From contig CANQNC010000005.1 in the NCBI GenBank assembly GCA_947625145.1, forward strand, positions 2,965 to 66,964: 64,000 bases of DNA. The letters are read 5' to 3'. A model generated the notes under the pieces. The model searched no databases. It was not told the DNA's origin and worked only from the letters and a program-made list of their open reading frames with translations. Positions 9,373 to 20,184 of the stretch are shown here, in pieces (position 1 is the stretch's first letter; each line of letters begins with the position of its first letter). Made by a program: the position numbers and the translations under genes. The DNA comes from an uncultured Clostridia bacterium (lineage in GTDB: Bacteria; Bacillota; Clostridia; Christensenellales; CAG-917).

Positions 9373-10124
9373 CTCGATCTCCTTCCGAAAAGTCTGCGTT
9401 TGACCGCTATGTCGTGAAATTCCTTTCCACCGCGCTCCACGTTTTCGGCGAGAAATCCGAACGCCTTTTCCGACTTCGCCTCGCTCGGGACGCGGCCGAG
9501 CTGTTGAAAGACGGTGATGAGGTCGTCCTCGGGTATCACGCCGATGGGAGGGACGTGCAACAGCGCGCCTATCTCGCTTGCGCCAAGCATCTCGCCCTTT
9601 GCAAGCATATCCGCGCGCACTCGGTTGACGACGAGGGAGACGTCCCGAAGCCTGTAACTTCTGAGCAAGGATATCACCTTGTCCGCGTCGCGAATGGCGG
9701 ATATGGACGGCGTGGTCACGACGATCGCCTCGTCCGCCGCGCTCACCGCCCTGTGGAAGCCCTGCTCTATGCCCGCGGGACAGTCTATTATGACAAAATC
9801 AAAATCCGCGAAGCTGTTTACGACGTCGCAAAACGCCTGCGCCGTGACAAGCCTGCTGTCCTTGCCCGACGGCAATATGCGCATGGAGGATTCGGAATCC
9901 GTCACAAGCGCCTGAAACGCGCGACACTTCCCCGCAAGCACGTCGGATATGTCGTAAACCACTCTGCGCTCCACTGCGGTCACGACGTCAAGATTGTTCA
10001 GCCCGACGTCTCCGTCCACAAGCACCACGCGCCGTCCTATGCCCGCCAGCTTGCGCCCGAGCGTAGCCGTCACGGTGGTTTTGCCCACTCCTCCTTTGCC
10101 TGATGTCACAACGATCCGCCTCAT
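9369..10124 (-). CDS. minD: septum site-determining ATPase MinD
   Basis: 251 aa with the deviant Walker A SGKGGVGKTT, DCPAGIE, and a basic C-terminal tail. Confidence 0.85.
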   Translation of the reverse strand: MRRIVVTSGKGGVGKTTVTATLGRKLAGIGRRVVLVDGDVGLNNLDVVTAVERRVVYDISDVLAGKCRAFQALVTDSESSMRILPSGKDSRLVTAQAFCDVVNSFADFDFVIIDCPAGIEQGFHRAVSAADEAIVVTTPSISAIRDADKVISLLRSYRLRDVSLVVNRVRADMLAKGEMLGASEIGALLHVPPIGVIPEDDLITVFQQLGRVPSEAKSEKAFGFLAENVERGGKEFHDIAVKRRLFGRRSR

Positions 10125-10219
10125 GACCCAATATTAACTTTTTGCGGCGGGAAAACTATGTAAACGCTTGTCGTTTTACTTTTTTGTTTGTCGATTGCGG
10201 GAATGCATTTTTTTCAAAG

Positions 10220-10247
10220 AAAAAGCCGAAAGCGCAAGGCGATCGGC
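10220..10247 (-). terminator. possible terminator after the pyr operon
   Basis: The minus strand reads GCCGATCGCCTTGCGCTTTCGGCTTTTTC, an imperfect stem followed by a T-run. Confidence 0.4.
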
Positions 10248-10272
10248 AGAGGAAAATATCAATCGGAACGCT

Positions 10273-11337
10273 TTACAGCTCGTGCTCGCAATACAAGCAC
10301 CTCAGCGCGTTTTTGTCTCGGCGCGCCTTTGGGACGAAGCCGTATTCGTTGTTTGAAATACACTTGGGATTCGAACACGGCGCTCCCGTCTCGTCCGCCG
10401 TCGGAAGAGAGGACGGAGCCGAAAGCGCCTCTTCCGAGGTCAAAAACATCAAAAGCGCCATACGCATCAACTTTCCGTTTAAGGTTTGGCGGAAGTATGC
10501 CGCGCGAGGGTCGTCGTCCACGCTCTTTGCGATCTCGTTTACGCGAGGAAGGGGATGGAGCACCCTCATTGTGGGCTTTGCCGCTTTGAGGTGTTCGGGA
10601 GTGAGGACATAGCAATCCTTGACCCTCTCGTAGCTCTCGGCGGAGGGGAAACGCTCGCGTTGCACCCTTGTCATATACAGCACGTCCAGCTCAGGCATAA
10701 ACTCGTCGAGGGAGTCTGTTTTCAGCACTCGTGCGCCCGCGTTTTCAAGCGCCTTGACGGAATACGGCGGAAGTTCAAGCTCGTGCGGCGATATCAGCGC
10801 AAACGTGATGCCGTCGTAGCGGAGCATGGCGTTGATGAGGGAGTGCACGGTCCTGCCGTACAGCAAGTCGCCGCAAAGCCCTATCGTCAGCCTGTCCAAC
10901 CTGCCCAGCTCCCTGTGTATGGTCAAGAGGTCGGCGAGGGTCTGCGTGGGATGACAGTGTCCCCCGTCCCCCGCGTTGATGATGGGCACGACGGACTTTT
11001 CCGCGGCGGCGAGCGCGGCGCCCTCTATGGGATGGCGCATGGCGATGACGTCCGCGTAGTTGCCAACCACGCGTATGGTGTCGCTGACGCACTCCCCCTT
11101 TGCGGCGGACGACGAGGACGCCTCGGAAAAACCGAGCACACTGCCGCCCAGCTCGAGCATGGCCGCCTCGAAGGATAACCTTGTGCGCGTGGACGGCTCG
11201 AAAAACAGCGTGGCAAGTTTTTTGCCGCGCATGGCTTGCGAATATTTCTCCTTGTCTTTCGCAATATCCTCCGCGACGGAGATCAGTTTGTCCAGATCTT
11301 CCACCGAAAGGTCGCAAACGTCAAGCAAATGTCTCAT
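10273..11337 (-). CDS. pyrB: aspartate carbamoyltransferase catalytic chain fused to a PyrI-type zinc domain
   Basis: STRTR, HPTQ and HPLPR motifs are present. The C-terminal 34 aa, [34 protein letters not shown], match the four-Cys zinc domain of PyrI. The ATG at 11337 overlaps the pyrE stop (ATGA). A GTG at 11349 is an alternative start. Confidence 0.85.
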   Translation of the reverse strand: MRHLLDVCDLSVEDLDKLISVAEDIAKDKEKYSQAMRGKKLATLFFEPSTRTRLSFEAAMLELGGSVLGFSEASSSSAAKGECVSDTIRVVGNYADVIAMRHPIEGAALAAAEKSVVPIINAGDGGHCHPTQTLADLLTIHRELGRLDRLTIGLCGDLLYGRTVHSLINAMLRYDGITFALISPHELELPPYSVKALENAGARVLKTDSLDEFMPELDVLYMTRVQRERFPSAESYERVKDCYVLTPEHLKAAKPTMRVLHPLPRVNEIAKSVDDDPRAAYFRQTLNGKLMRMALLMFLTSEEALSAPSSLPTADETGAPCSNPKCISNNEYGFVPKARRDKNALRCLYCEHEL

Positions 11338-11975
11338 CCTTTCATCCACCCCTCGTCAGACGGATTGTCGCGGAAGCGCAGAAGTTTTTCCACGTCCTCG
11401 CCGTCGATATATCCCTCCTCGGCGGCGACTTCCGCAAGCGTATCCAGATCGCAAAGGCTGTGGTTGACCGCGCCCGCGGCGCTGAGCCTGTCCAAACCCT
11501 TGCGCATGCCATACGTAAATATGGAAACAATGCCCAACACCTGTGCGCCCTCTTCCCGCAAGGCGTCCACGACCTCTATGGCCGAGCCTCCCGTCGAGAT
11601 GAGATCCTCGACCACAACGACGCGCTGTCCCGCTTTGAGGTTGCCCTCTATGCGATTGCCTCTGCCGTGGTCCTTCGCGCCCGAGCGCACATAGCCCATG
11701 GGAAGCCCCATGATCCAACCCGCGATCGCGGCGTGAGCGATGCCCGCCGTGCTTGTCCCCATCAGCATTTCCGCGTCGGGGAAAAACCGCTTGACAAGCT
11801 CGACAAGGCCGTTTTCCACGTCTGCACGCACGGTCGGGTCCGAAAGAGTGAGGCGATTGTCGCAATAGATGGGGCTTTTTATGCCGCTTGCCCAAGTGAA
11901 TGGCTTGTCGGGGCGCAAAAACACCGCGCCGATGGACAGCAGATCCTTTGCAATTTTTCTGTTTGTCTGTTCCAT
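11334..11975 (-). CDS. pyrE: orotate phosphoribosyltransferase
   Basis: 213 aa with the PRPP-binding motif [13 protein letters not shown] and a PyrE-like N-terminus. Confidence 0.9.
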   Translation of the reverse strand: MEQTNRKIAKDLLSIGAVFLRPDKPFTWASGIKSPIYCDNRLTLSDPTVRADVENGLVELVKRFFPDAEMLMGTSTAGIAHAAIAGWIMGLPMGYVRSGAKDHGRGNRIEGNLKAGQRVVVVEDLISTGGSAIEVVDALREEGAQVLGIVSIFTYGMRKGLDRLSAAGAVNHSLCDLDTLAEVAAEEGYIDGEDVEKLLRFRDNPSDEGWMKG

Positions 11976-12015
11976 TATCCTATCTCCGAAACTTGATTTT
12001 CAAAATCGCAGGGGA

Positions 12016-12714
12016 CTACTCCCCCAAAAACTCCTCCACCGCGCGCCTGTACGCCGCGACGGGATCGGGCGCGAGAGTGATGGGCCTGCCCATGACGATG
12101 AAGTCCGAGCCAAGCTCCCTCGCCTTTGCGGGCGTGGTCACGCGCTGTTGATCCCCCTTGTCGCCGTCCGCAAATCTGACCCCGGGGGTCACCGTCAAAA
12201 AGCCGCTTCCGCACCTGTCGTGCACCCCTCTTGCTTCAAGCGGAGAGCACACAACGCCGTCCAATCCCGCCTCCGCCGCACGCGCCGCATAATGCAGGAC
12301 AACTTCCTCGATCGGCAGTTTTATCAGCAGATCTCGCTCCATCAACTGCTGATTTGTGCTTGTAAGCTGAGTCACGGCGATCAACAGCGGCCGCCTTTTG
12401 CCCTCTGCCGAAAGCCCTTCAAGCGCCGCTTTCATCATGTCCGTGCCGCCCGCTGCGTGCAGGTTTGTCATGTAGATATCAAGGTCTCTCAGCACGCTCA
12501 TGGTCTTGCGCACGGTGTTTGGGATGTCGTGCGTTTTCAGATCCAAAAATATCTTGTGTCCCCTCTTGGCAAGCTCGCGGACCATCTCCGCCCCTTGCGC
12601 GTAAAAAAGCTCCATGCCTATCTTGACAAAGGGCTTTTCGTCCTTAAATCTGTCCAGAAAATCCAGCGTCTCCTTTTTTGTGGAGAAGTCCAAAGCTATG
12701 ATGACGTCTTTCAT
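12016..12714 (-). CDS. pyrF: orotidine 5'-phosphate decarboxylase
   Basis: 232 aa with IIALDF, KIGMELF and LDLKTHDIPNTV motifs. Confidence 0.9.
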   Translation of the reverse strand: MKDVIIALDFSTKKETLDFLDRFKDEKPFVKIGMELFYAQGAEMVRELAKRGHKIFLDLKTHDIPNTVRKTMSVLRDLDIYMTNLHAAGGTDMMKAALEGLSAEGKRRPLLIAVTQLTSTNQQLMERDLLIKLPIEEVVLHYAARAAEAGLDGVVCSPLEARGVHDRCGSGFLTVTPGVRFADGDKGDQQRVTTPAKARELGSDFIVMGRPITLAPDPVAAYRRAVEEFLGE

Positions 12715-13625
12715 GCGTGCGCGCCTCCTATGATCTGTTTGAGGGATGATATCCCGTATTTTTCCATTGCGGCAGGAAGGGAAGCGATTATGTCGCGGCA
12801 GGCGTATGGGTCCACAAGGTTTTGCGCGCCCACCTGCACCGCCGTCGCGCCCGCAAGCATCATCTCGATCGCGTCGTCCGCGCTTGCCACTCCGCCCATG
12901 CCCATGATTGGCAACTTCACCGCTTCGTACACCTCGTACACCGCGCGCAGGGCGATCGGAAAAATCGCTCTTCCCGAAAATCCCCCGACCTTGTTTGCGA
13001 TCACGGGCTTTTTTGTGCGCAGGTCAATGCGCATGCCGAGGACAGTGTTGATGAGGCTTATCCCGTCCGCGCCTGCGTCCTCGCACGCCTTTGCGATGTC
13101 CGCAATGGAAGTCACGTTGGGCGTAAGTTTGACAAACACGGGCTTTTTTGCGACGGCTTTCACCGCCTTTGTCACCTCGTAGGCGCTCTTTGCGTCCGTG
13201 CCGAAGCTCATGCCGCCCGCGTGCACGTTGGGACAGCTTATGTTGACTTCGAGCAAACCGATCTGCTCCTGCGCGTCCAGCCTGCTTGCGGCGTAACTAT
13301 AATCGGATACGCAAAAGCCCGAAATGTTGGCTATCGCCTTTTTGCGGAATTTTTCCTTCAATTTGGGCAGTTCCTCCGAGATCACCCTGTCCACGCCGGG
13401 GTTTTGGAGTCCGACCGAATTTATCAACCCCTCCGTACATTCCGCGACGCGCGGGAGAGGATTGCCGTATCTGCCCTCCCTCGTGGTGCCCTTGAGGGCA
13501 ATCGAGCCGAGCACGTTTATGTCGTAAAACTCCGCAAATTCATACCCGAAGCCGAACGTCCCCGACGCGGGAATGATCGGATTGTCAAGTTCAAGTCCCG
13601 AAAGACAAACGGAAAGGTCTACCAT
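12711..13625 (-). CDS. pyrD: dihydroorotate dehydrogenase B, catalytic subunit
   Basis: The internal start MVDLSVCLSGLELDNPIIPASGTFGFG overlaps the pyrK stop. The ORF-track start at 13724 lies inside pyrK. Confidence 0.9.
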   Translation of the reverse strand: MVDLSVCLSGLELDNPIIPASGTFGFGYEFAEFYDINVLGSIALKGTTREGRYGNPLPRVAECTEGLINSVGLQNPGVDRVISEELPKLKEKFRKKAIANISGFCVSDYSYAASRLDAQEQIGLLEVNISCPNVHAGGMSFGTDAKSAYEVTKAVKAVAKKPVFVKLTPNVTSIADIAKACEDAGADGISLINTVLGMRIDLRTKKPVIANKVGGFSGRAIFPIALRAVYEVYEAVKLPIMGMGGVASADDAIEMMLAGATAVQVGAQNLVDPYACRDIIASLPAAMEKYGISSLKQIIGGAHA

Positions 13626-14374
13626 ATTATCTCCTCCGCGTCGAACACGGGGCCCTCTTTGCACACGCGTTTGGTCCCGTTTTTGGTGGGCAGGCTGCAA
13701 CCCATGCACGCACCGAAGCCGCAACCCATGCGCGCTTCCATGGACACCGAGCCGCCTATGTCAAGCGTTGTCGAGACCGCCCTCAGCATTGCGGGCGAGC
13801 CGCATGCGTAAAAGTGCGTGCGATCCCTTCCCACGACGTCCGTGACCACGCCCTTCACGCCCGCGCTTCCGTCCACCGTCGCGACCTTGACGTCGCAACC
13901 GAGCGCGACGAACTCCTCTTGCAAAATCATGTCGCACGCGCTGTTGAAGCCCAGCGCGACGGATATGTCATCACAGCCCATGCTTTTCAGCCTCTTTGCA
14001 AGGAAGTAAAGCGGCGGACAGCCCACTCCCCCTCCTATCAGCACGGGTCTTTCCCCCGCGAGGGAGAGGTCATATCCGTTGCCAAGCCCCGTCAGCAGAT
14101 TTACTTTTTTGCCTTTTTGCCAACGGGACATGACGTCCGTGCCGTTGCCGACCACCTTGTACACAAGGGTCAGCCTGTCCCCCTCGAGGTCGCATACGGA
14201 TATGGGGCGCCTCAAAAAGAAGCCCTCGATCTTGACGTTGACAAACTGCCCGGGCGACGTGATGAATCGCGCGTCGCCCACAAGCGTCATTTTGTACACG
14301 TCCTTTGCGATGAGCGTGTTTTGGATCAATTCAAAGTCGGACATCCTGTCGGTTTGCTCGAAAATTTCCGTCAT
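13619..14374 (-). CDS. pyrK: dihydroorotate dehydrogenase B, electron-transfer subunit
   Basis: 251 aa with an FAD/NAD-binding fold and a C-terminal Fe-S cysteine cluster (CGFGACMGCS...C). Confidence 0.9.
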   Translation of the reverse strand: MTEIFEQTDRMSDFELIQNTLIAKDVYKMTLVGDARFITSPGQFVNVKIEGFFLRRPISVCDLEGDRLTLVYKVVGNGTDVMSRWQKGKKVNLLTGLGNGYDLSLAGERPVLIGGGVGCPPLYFLAKRLKSMGCDDISVALGFNSACDMILQEEFVALGCDVKVATVDGSAGVKGVVTDVVGRDRTHFYACGSPAMLRAVSTTLDIGGSVSMEARMGCGFGACMGCSLPTKNGTKRVCKEGPVFDAEEIIW

Positions 14375-14383
14375 TTTCCTCTC

Positions 14384-17300
14384 CTATGCGTCTATCGTCG
14401 AGATGGTGATTGTGATCTCCTCCAACACGTCTATCAGCACTCTCACGGTGTCGAGGGAGGAGAACATTGTCACGTTGTTTTCCACGGCGCAACGGCGGAT
14501 GAGATAGCCGTCCGACTCCTGCGAAAGGGAGTCTATGTCGCGAGTGCTTATCACATAGTTCACATAGCCTTTGCGGATAGAACTCAAAATGTCCTGCGAG
14601 CCCTCGCTTATCTTCTTTTTGACCCTCGTGCGGATGCCGTGCGCCTTCAAAAACGCGGCGGTGCCAGAAGTCGCCTCTATGTTGAAGCCGAGGTTGTAGA
14701 AGCGCTTGATGAGCGGCAACGCCTCTTCCTTGTCCTTGTCCGCGACGGACACCAAGATCGTGCCGTAGTTGACGACGTTCATGCCGCTTGCCTGCAACGC
14801 CTTGTAGAGGGCGCGTTTCAAGCTCTTGTCATAGCCGATCGCCTCTCCCGTGGACTTCATTTCGGGGGAAAGGTAGGCGTCAAGCCCGATGATCTTCGAG
14901 AAGGAGAACGCGGGCACTTTGACGTACCACTTCTTCTTTTCCTCGGGATAGAGCACGTCTATGCCCTGCTCCTTGAGGGACATGCCCAAGATGACGCGCG
15001 TGCCTATGTCCGCGAGGCTCCAACCCGTGGATTTGGATAGGAAGGGCACCGTGCGGGAGGAGCGGGGATTGACTTCGATGACGTACACCTTTTCCTCCTT
15101 GTCCACGATGAATTGAATGTTGTAAAGCCCTATTATGCCTATCCCGAGCCCGAGCTGTTTTGTGTATTCGAGTATGGTCCGCTTGACCTTGTCAGACACG
15201 CTGACCGTGGGATACACGCTTATGGAGTCCCCCGAATGTATGCCCGTCTTTTCCACAAGCTCCATGATGCCGGGGACAAACACGTCTTTTCCGTCGCACA
15301 CCGCGTCCACTTCAAGTTCTTTACCCGTGATGTACTTGTCCACAAGCACGGGCTGTTTTTCGTCGATTTTGACCGCGGAAGCGAGGTATATCCCGAGCGC
15401 TTTTTCGCTGCCCACGATCTGCATTGCCCTGCCGCCCAGCACATAGCTCGGACGCACGAGCACGGGATAGCCTATCTCCGCCGCGGCTTTCACCCCGTCC
15501 TCCACATTTGTGACCGCCATTCCGCGGGGTTGCGGAATGTTGAGGCTTTGCATGACCTTTTCAAACGCGTCCCGGTTTTCCGCTCTTTCTATCGCGTCCT
15601 GATCCGTGCCTATGATCCTGACTCCTCGCGCGGCAAGCCCCGCCGCAAGGTTTATGGCGGTCTGTCCGCCTAGGGAAGCTATCACGCCCTCGGGTTTTTC
15701 AAGCATGATGATGTTCATCACGTCCTCCACGGTGAGGGGCTCGAAGTACAGCTTGTCGCTGCAAGTATAATCCGTGGAGACCGTCTCGGGGTTGTTGTTG
15801 ATGACTATCGCCTCGAAGCCGCTCTCCTTGATGGTCTTGACGGCGTGGACTGTGGAATAGTCGAATTCCACGCCCTGCCCAATCCTTATCGGGCCCGAGC
15901 CAAGCACCACTATCTTGCGCCTGTCCGACGAAACGGATTCGTTTTCCTGCTCGTAGGTGGAGTAGAAATAGGGGACGTAGCTTTTGAACTCGCTCGCGCA
16001 CGTATCTATCATCTTGTACACGGGCGTCATGCCCTCTTTTACGCGCATATCGAACACGGCGTCCTCTTCCGCGCCCCACAGTTTTGCAATGAACGCGTCC
16101 GAAAATCCCATGCGCTTTGCGTCGTAAAGGACCTCTTTGTCAAACGGCGACGCCTTGACCACCTGCTCGAAGTCCGTGATATGTTTGAATTTGTCAAGGA
16201 AGAGGGGGTCTATACGGGTTATCCGCGCAAGCTCTCTGACGCTTTCTCCCCTCCTCAGAAGCTCGGCGAGGACGAAGAGCCTGTCGTCTCTGCCCTCTTT
16301 GATGTAGTCTTTCAGCTCGTTCGTCGGCACTTTGTCGAATTTGGACAGATAGATATGATTTGCGCCTATCTCCAACGAGCGCACCGCTTTCAAGAGGCTC
16401 TCCTCAATCGTCCTGCCCACGCTCATGACCTCTCCCGTCGCCTTCATCTGCGTGGAGAGGCGGTTTGAAGCCGTGTTGAATTTGTCGAACGGGAAGCGGG
16501 CGATCTTTGTCACCACATAGTCAAGCGCGGGCTCGAAGCAAGCGGGAGTGTTTGCGAGCATGATCTCGTCTAGGGTCATGCCCACCGCGATTTTGGCGGA
16601 CACTCTTGCGATCGGATATCCGCTTGCCTTTGACGCGAGCGCGGACGAGCGGGACACGCGCGGATTGACCTCTATCAAAAAATAGTCGAAAGATTGCGGA
16701 TCCAGCGCGAATTGCACGTTGCAACCGCCCTCTATCTTCAGCGCGCGGATTATCTTCAACGCGGAATCCCTGAGCATGTGATATTCCCTGTTCGTCAAGG
16801 TCTGACTCGGCGCTACGACTATGGAGTCCCCCGTGTGTATCCCAACGGGGTCGATGTTTTCCATATTGCAGACCGTGATCGCGGAGTCGTTTGCGTCGCG
16901 CATCACTTCGTACTCTATCTCTTTGAAGCCCTTTATGGATTTTTCGATCAGCACCTGCCTGACGGGCGAGAGCATGAGCGCGTTTTTCATGATCTCTCTG
17001 AACTGCTCCTCGTTGTCCGCGAAGCCTCCGCCCGTGCCTCCCAGCGTAAAAGCGGGACGAAGCACCACGGGATAGCCGATATCCGCCGCCGCCTTCAAGC
17101 CCTCTTCCATGCTGTGCGCGATCTCGGAGGGAAGCACGGGCTCGCCGAGTTCAAGACAGAGGCTTTTGAATTTTTCCCTGTCCTCGGCAAGCTCTATGGA
17201 CTGAGGAGAAGTGCCGAGCAGTTCCACCGAGCACTCGTCCAGCACTCCCTTTTTGTACAGTTGCACCGCGAGGTTCAGCCCCGTCTGTCCCCCTATGCCG

Positions 17301-17563
17301 GGGACTATGGCGTCAGGGCGCTCGTATCTCAATATCTTTGCGAGGTATTCGAGGGTGAGCGGTTCCATATACACCTTGTCCGCAATGGCGGTGTCCGTCA
17401 TTATGGTGGCGGGATTGGAGTTTGCAAGCACCACTTCATAGCCTTCCTCTTTCAGCGCGAGGCACGCCTGAGTGCCCGCATAGTCGAATTCGGCGGCTTG
17501 TCCGATGACGATAGGTCCCGAGCCGATGACGAGTATCTTTTTTATATCTTTCCTTTTAGGCAT
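14384..17563 (-). CDS. carB: carbamoyl-phosphate synthase large subunit
   Basis: 1059 aa with duplicated ATP-grasp halves and a CarB-like sequence throughout. Confidence 0.95.
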   Translation of the reverse strand: MPKRKDIKKILVIGSGPIVIGQAAEFDYAGTQACLALKEEGYEVVLANSNPATIMTDTAIADKVYMEPLTLEYLAKILRYERPDAIVPGIGGQTGLNLAVQLYKKGVLDECSVELLGTSPQSIELAEDREKFKSLCLELGEPVLPSEIAHSMEEGLKAAADIGYPVVLRPAFTLGGTGGGFADNEEQFREIMKNALMLSPVRQVLIEKSIKGFKEIEYEVMRDANDSAITVCNMENIDPVGIHTGDSIVVAPSQTLTNREYHMLRDSALKIIRALKIEGGCNVQFALDPQSFDYFLIEVNPRVSRSSALASKASGYPIARVSAKIAVGMTLDEIMLANTPACFEPALDYVVTKIARFPFDKFNTASNRLSTQMKATGEVMSVGRTIEESLLKAVRSLEIGANHIYLSKFDKVPTNELKDYIKEGRDDRLFVLAELLRRGESVRELARITRIDPLFLDKFKHITDFEQVVKASPFDKEVLYDAKRMGFSDAFIAKLWGAEEDAVFDMRVKEGMTPVYKMIDTCASEFKSYVPYFYSTYEQENESVSSDRRKIVVLGSGPIRIGQGVEFDYSTVHAVKTIKESGFEAIVINNNPETVSTDYTCSDKLYFEPLTVEDVMNIIMLEKPEGVIASLGGQTAINLAAGLAARGVRIIGTDQDAIERAENRDAFEKVMQSLNIPQPRGMAVTNVEDGVKAAAEIGYPVLVRPSYVLGGRAMQIVGSEKALGIYLASAVKIDEKQPVLVDKYITGKELEVDAVCDGKDVFVPGIMELVEKTGIHSGDSISVYPTVSVSDKVKRTILEYTKQLGLGIGIIGLYNIQFIVDKEEKVYVIEVNPRSSRTVPFLSKSTGWSLADIGTRVILGMSLKEQGIDVLYPEEKKKWYVKVPAFSFSKIIGLDAYLSPEMKSTGEAIGYDKSLKRALYKALQASGMNVVNYGTILVSVADKDKEEALPLIKRFYNLGFNIEATSGTAAFLKAHGIRTRVKKKISEGSQDILSSIRKGYVNYVISTRDIDSLSQESDGYLIRRCAVENNVTMFSSLDTVRVLIDVLEEITITISTIDA

Positions 17564-18647
17564 GCCTATTCACCTCCATCAGATTTATGAAACGATCGAA
17601 CAGATATCCCGAATCCTGCGGTCCCGGGGCGCTTTCGGGATGATATTGCACGCTGAACGCCTTGTGTTTGACGTCCTCCATGCCCTCCACGGTGTTGTCG
17701 AGCAGGTTGATATGCGTGACCGTAAGCCCCGTGCCCTCCAAACTTTCGGGGACCACCGCGTAGGAGTGGTTTTGCGAAGTCATTTCTATCTTCCCCGTCG
17801 CGAGGTTGCGCACGGGATGATTGCCCCCTCTGTGGCCGAATTTCAGCTTGTACGTCTTTCCGCCCCTCGCAAGCGCCAGAAGCTGATGTCCCATGCATAT
17901 CCCGAAAATGGGGACTTTTGAGTACAACTTTGCAATTGTATGCACCGTCGTGGTCGCGTCCTCGGGGTTGCCCGGTCCGTTTGAAATGAACACTCCGTCA
18001 GGGCTGAGCGCGAGGATCTCGCTTGCGGGAGTGTCGTAGGGCACGACTGTGACGTCACAGCCTCTGTCGTTGAGGTTGCGCACAATGTTGGACTTCATGC
18101 CGAGGTCTATGGCGACGACATTGTATTTTGCGTGCGGCGCGCGGCTGTACCACCTCTTTTTGCAGCTGACTCGCGCGATCGCGTCCGTGGGCGCCTTTTC
18201 GGTGGCGAGCAACAACAGCCCCTCCGCGACGGGAGTGTCCGCGGGGCAAATGACCACCCTCCTCGAGCCGTGATCGCGTATGGAGCGGGTCAACAATCTG
18301 GTGTCCACCTCGCTTATCCCGGGAATGTCGTATTCCTCCAACAGCTCGGACAGCGTTTGCATACTGCGGAAGTTGGACGGGCGATCGTTGTAGTCCCTGA
18401 CCACAAGCGCGCCTATCGTGGGGACCTTTGTCTCGAAGTCCTCTTTTGCGATGCCGTAGTTTCCTATCACGGGATATGTCATCACCACCGCCTGATCCGT
18501 GTACGAGGGGTCGGAAACGATCTCCTGATAGCCGACGACGGAAGTGTTGAACACGATCTCGCGCACAAACGTTCCGTCCGTCTTTCCGAAGGCGACGCCG
18601 TAAAACTCACTGCCGTCGTCCATTATTATTTTTCTGTTCTTTTCCAT
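17556..18647 (-). CDS. carA: carbamoyl-phosphate synthase small (glutaminase) subunit
   Basis: 363 aa with GICMGHQLL and a GGGAGGA Shine-Dalgarno before the start at 18647. Confidence 0.95.
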   Translation of the reverse strand: MEKNRKIIMDDGSEFYGVAFGKTDGTFVREIVFNTSVVGYQEIVSDPSYTDQAVVMTYPVIGNYGIAKEDFETKVPTIGALVVRDYNDRPSNFRSMQTLSELLEEYDIPGISEVDTRLLTRSIRDHGSRRVVICPADTPVAEGLLLLATEKAPTDAIARVSCKKRWYSRAPHAKYNVVAIDLGMKSNIVRNLNDRGCDVTVVPYDTPASEILALSPDGVFISNGPGNPEDATTTVHTIAKLYSKVPIFGICMGHQLLALARGGKTYKLKFGHRGGNHPVRNLATGKIEMTSQNHSYAVVPESLEGTGLTVTHINLLDNTVEGMEDVKHKAFSVQYHPESAPGPQDSGYLFDRFINLMEVNRHA

Positions 18648-19813
18648 GCTGTCCTCCCGTTAATGTAGGTGCATCTGCAGGTTGCCACGACCGTTCGTCC
18701 CGCAAACGGAGTCGCTCTGCCCAAAGTCAAAAATTTTTCGGGATTTATCTTGCGCTCGACGGACACGTCCCAAACGCTGCCGCCCTCCACGGGTATCCCG
18801 AAGCGGCGAGAGGGATTGACGCTCATCAGCTCCACAAGCCTGTTGAGGGATATGACCCCCTTTGCGACAAGCTCGGTGAACAGCACGGGGAAGGCGGTCT
18901 CAAGTCCGACCACTCCCATCAAACTGCCCGCAAGCCCTCTTGATTTTTCCTCCGCGCTGTGAGGGGCGTGATCCGTCGCGATCATGTCTATCGTGCCGTC
19001 CTTTATGCCCTCCAAAAGCGCCTGCCTGTCCTCCGCCGTGCCGAGAGGGGGATTCATCTTGAACCTTCCGTCCTCTTGCAGATCGCTCTCGTCAAGCACA
19101 AGATAATGCGGAGCGGTCTCGCAAGTCACGTCTGCGCCCGCCGCCTTCGCCTCGCGCACAAGCTCCACGCTTCGCTTGCAGGAGATATGGCAAACGTGAT
19201 ATTTTGCTCCCGTCTCGCGCGCAAGCCTTAGGTCCCTTTCAAGCTGACGCCACTCGCACTCCGCGGGGATGCCCTTGTGCCCGTGCGCTCTTGCGTACTC
19301 CCCCTCGCGGATATATCCCCCGCCAAGCAAGGAGTTGTCCTCGCAATGCGCGGCGATGATGACGTTCTCTTTTGCGGCAAGTTCCATTGCCCTGCGCATC
19401 ACGGCTTCGCTTTGCACTCCCCTTCCGTCGTCCGAAAAGGCGACAGCTCTGCCCTTCAGCGCGGCAAAATCCGTAAGTTCCTCTCCCTGTTCGCCCATGG
19501 TGATAGAGGCGTACGGGTACACCTTTACCACGGCGTCCGCCGAAATAAGCTCTTCCAGCTTTTCCAAACGCTCCACGCTGTCCGTCACGGGATCAAGGTT
19601 TGGCATGCAGCAAACCGCGGTAAAGCCGCCCGCCGCCGCGGATCTCGTACCCGTGCGGATGGTCTCCTTATAAGAAAAACCCGGTTCTCTCAAATGCACA
19701 TGCACATCGACAAAACCGGGCAACTTAAGATATTTATTTTCAAAAACGGAATACAGAGGTGTTTCAGCACCTGCATCGAGTAAGGCTTGTATGTCAAAAC
19801 CGCAACGCGCCAT
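18626..19813 (-). CDS. pyrC: dihydroorotase
   Basis: 395 aa with DVHVHLREPG and a GGGAGG Shine-Dalgarno. It is the first gene of the pyr operon. Confidence 0.9.
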   Translation of the reverse strand: MARCGFDIQALLDAGAETPLYSVFENKYLKLPGFVDVHVHLREPGFSYKETIRTGTRSAAAGGFTAVCCMPNLDPVTDSVERLEKLEELISADAVVKVYPYASITMGEQGEELTDFAALKGRAVAFSDDGRGVQSEAVMRRAMELAAKENVIIAAHCEDNSLLGGGYIREGEYARAHGHKGIPAECEWRQLERDLRLARETGAKYHVCHISCKRSVELVREAKAAGADVTCETAPHYLVLDESDLQEDGRFKMNPPLGTAEDRQALLEGIKDGTIDMIATDHAPHSAEEKSRGLAGSLMGVVGLETAFPVLFTELVAKGVISLNRLVELMSVNPSRRFGIPVEGGSVWDVSVERKINPEKFLTLGRATPFAGRTVVATCRCTYINGRTAWKRTEK

Positions 19814-19866
19814 CCATACCTCCCATGCAACCGAGGTTGCAGAGGTCCCTTTTCAAGACCTATATA

Positions 19867-19896
19867 TTTATAAACTTTTTGTCCTCGCTTTGTCAA
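19867..19896 (-). promoter_or_regulatory. candidate sigma-70 promoter of the pyr operon
   Basis: The minus strand reads TTGACA (19891-19896), a 17-18-nt spacer, then TATAAA/TTATAA. A short leader with two small hairpins follows. Confidence 0.5.
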
Positions 19897-20120
19897 CCGA
19901 ATTTCGATATAATAATATAAATCTCGCAACCTTAAATTTGACCTAATGTTCCAAGCGCAATATATATTGTATATATAACATCATAATGCGAAAGCCGTAT
20001 AGGCAAAACGTCGCGCTATCGAAAGCGCGACCGACAAGCCTGTGCATCCGCGCTTGCGTACGCGGCCGACAAGCCTGTTTATGCCGCCGCAAGTCGAAAT
20101 CAAATAAGAATTTTGCTTTC

Positions 20121-20152
20121 AAAAGTAAAAACGCCGACGTTGATGTCGGCGT
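20121..20152 (-). terminator. intrinsic terminator after the ABC transporter gene
   Basis: The minus strand reads ACGCCGACATCAACGTCGGCGTTTTTACTTTT, an 8-bp GC stem followed by a T-run. Confidence 0.8.
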
Positions 20153-20184
20153 ATCTTGTCTTACTTGTACTTGTTTTGCTTGTC

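Noticed and set aside
19814-19867. PyrR-binding attenuator in the pyr leader.
   Set aside because: The leader is only about 50 nt. It has no terminator/antiterminator pair and no ARUCCAGAGAGGYU-like loop, and there is no pyrR gene in the operon.
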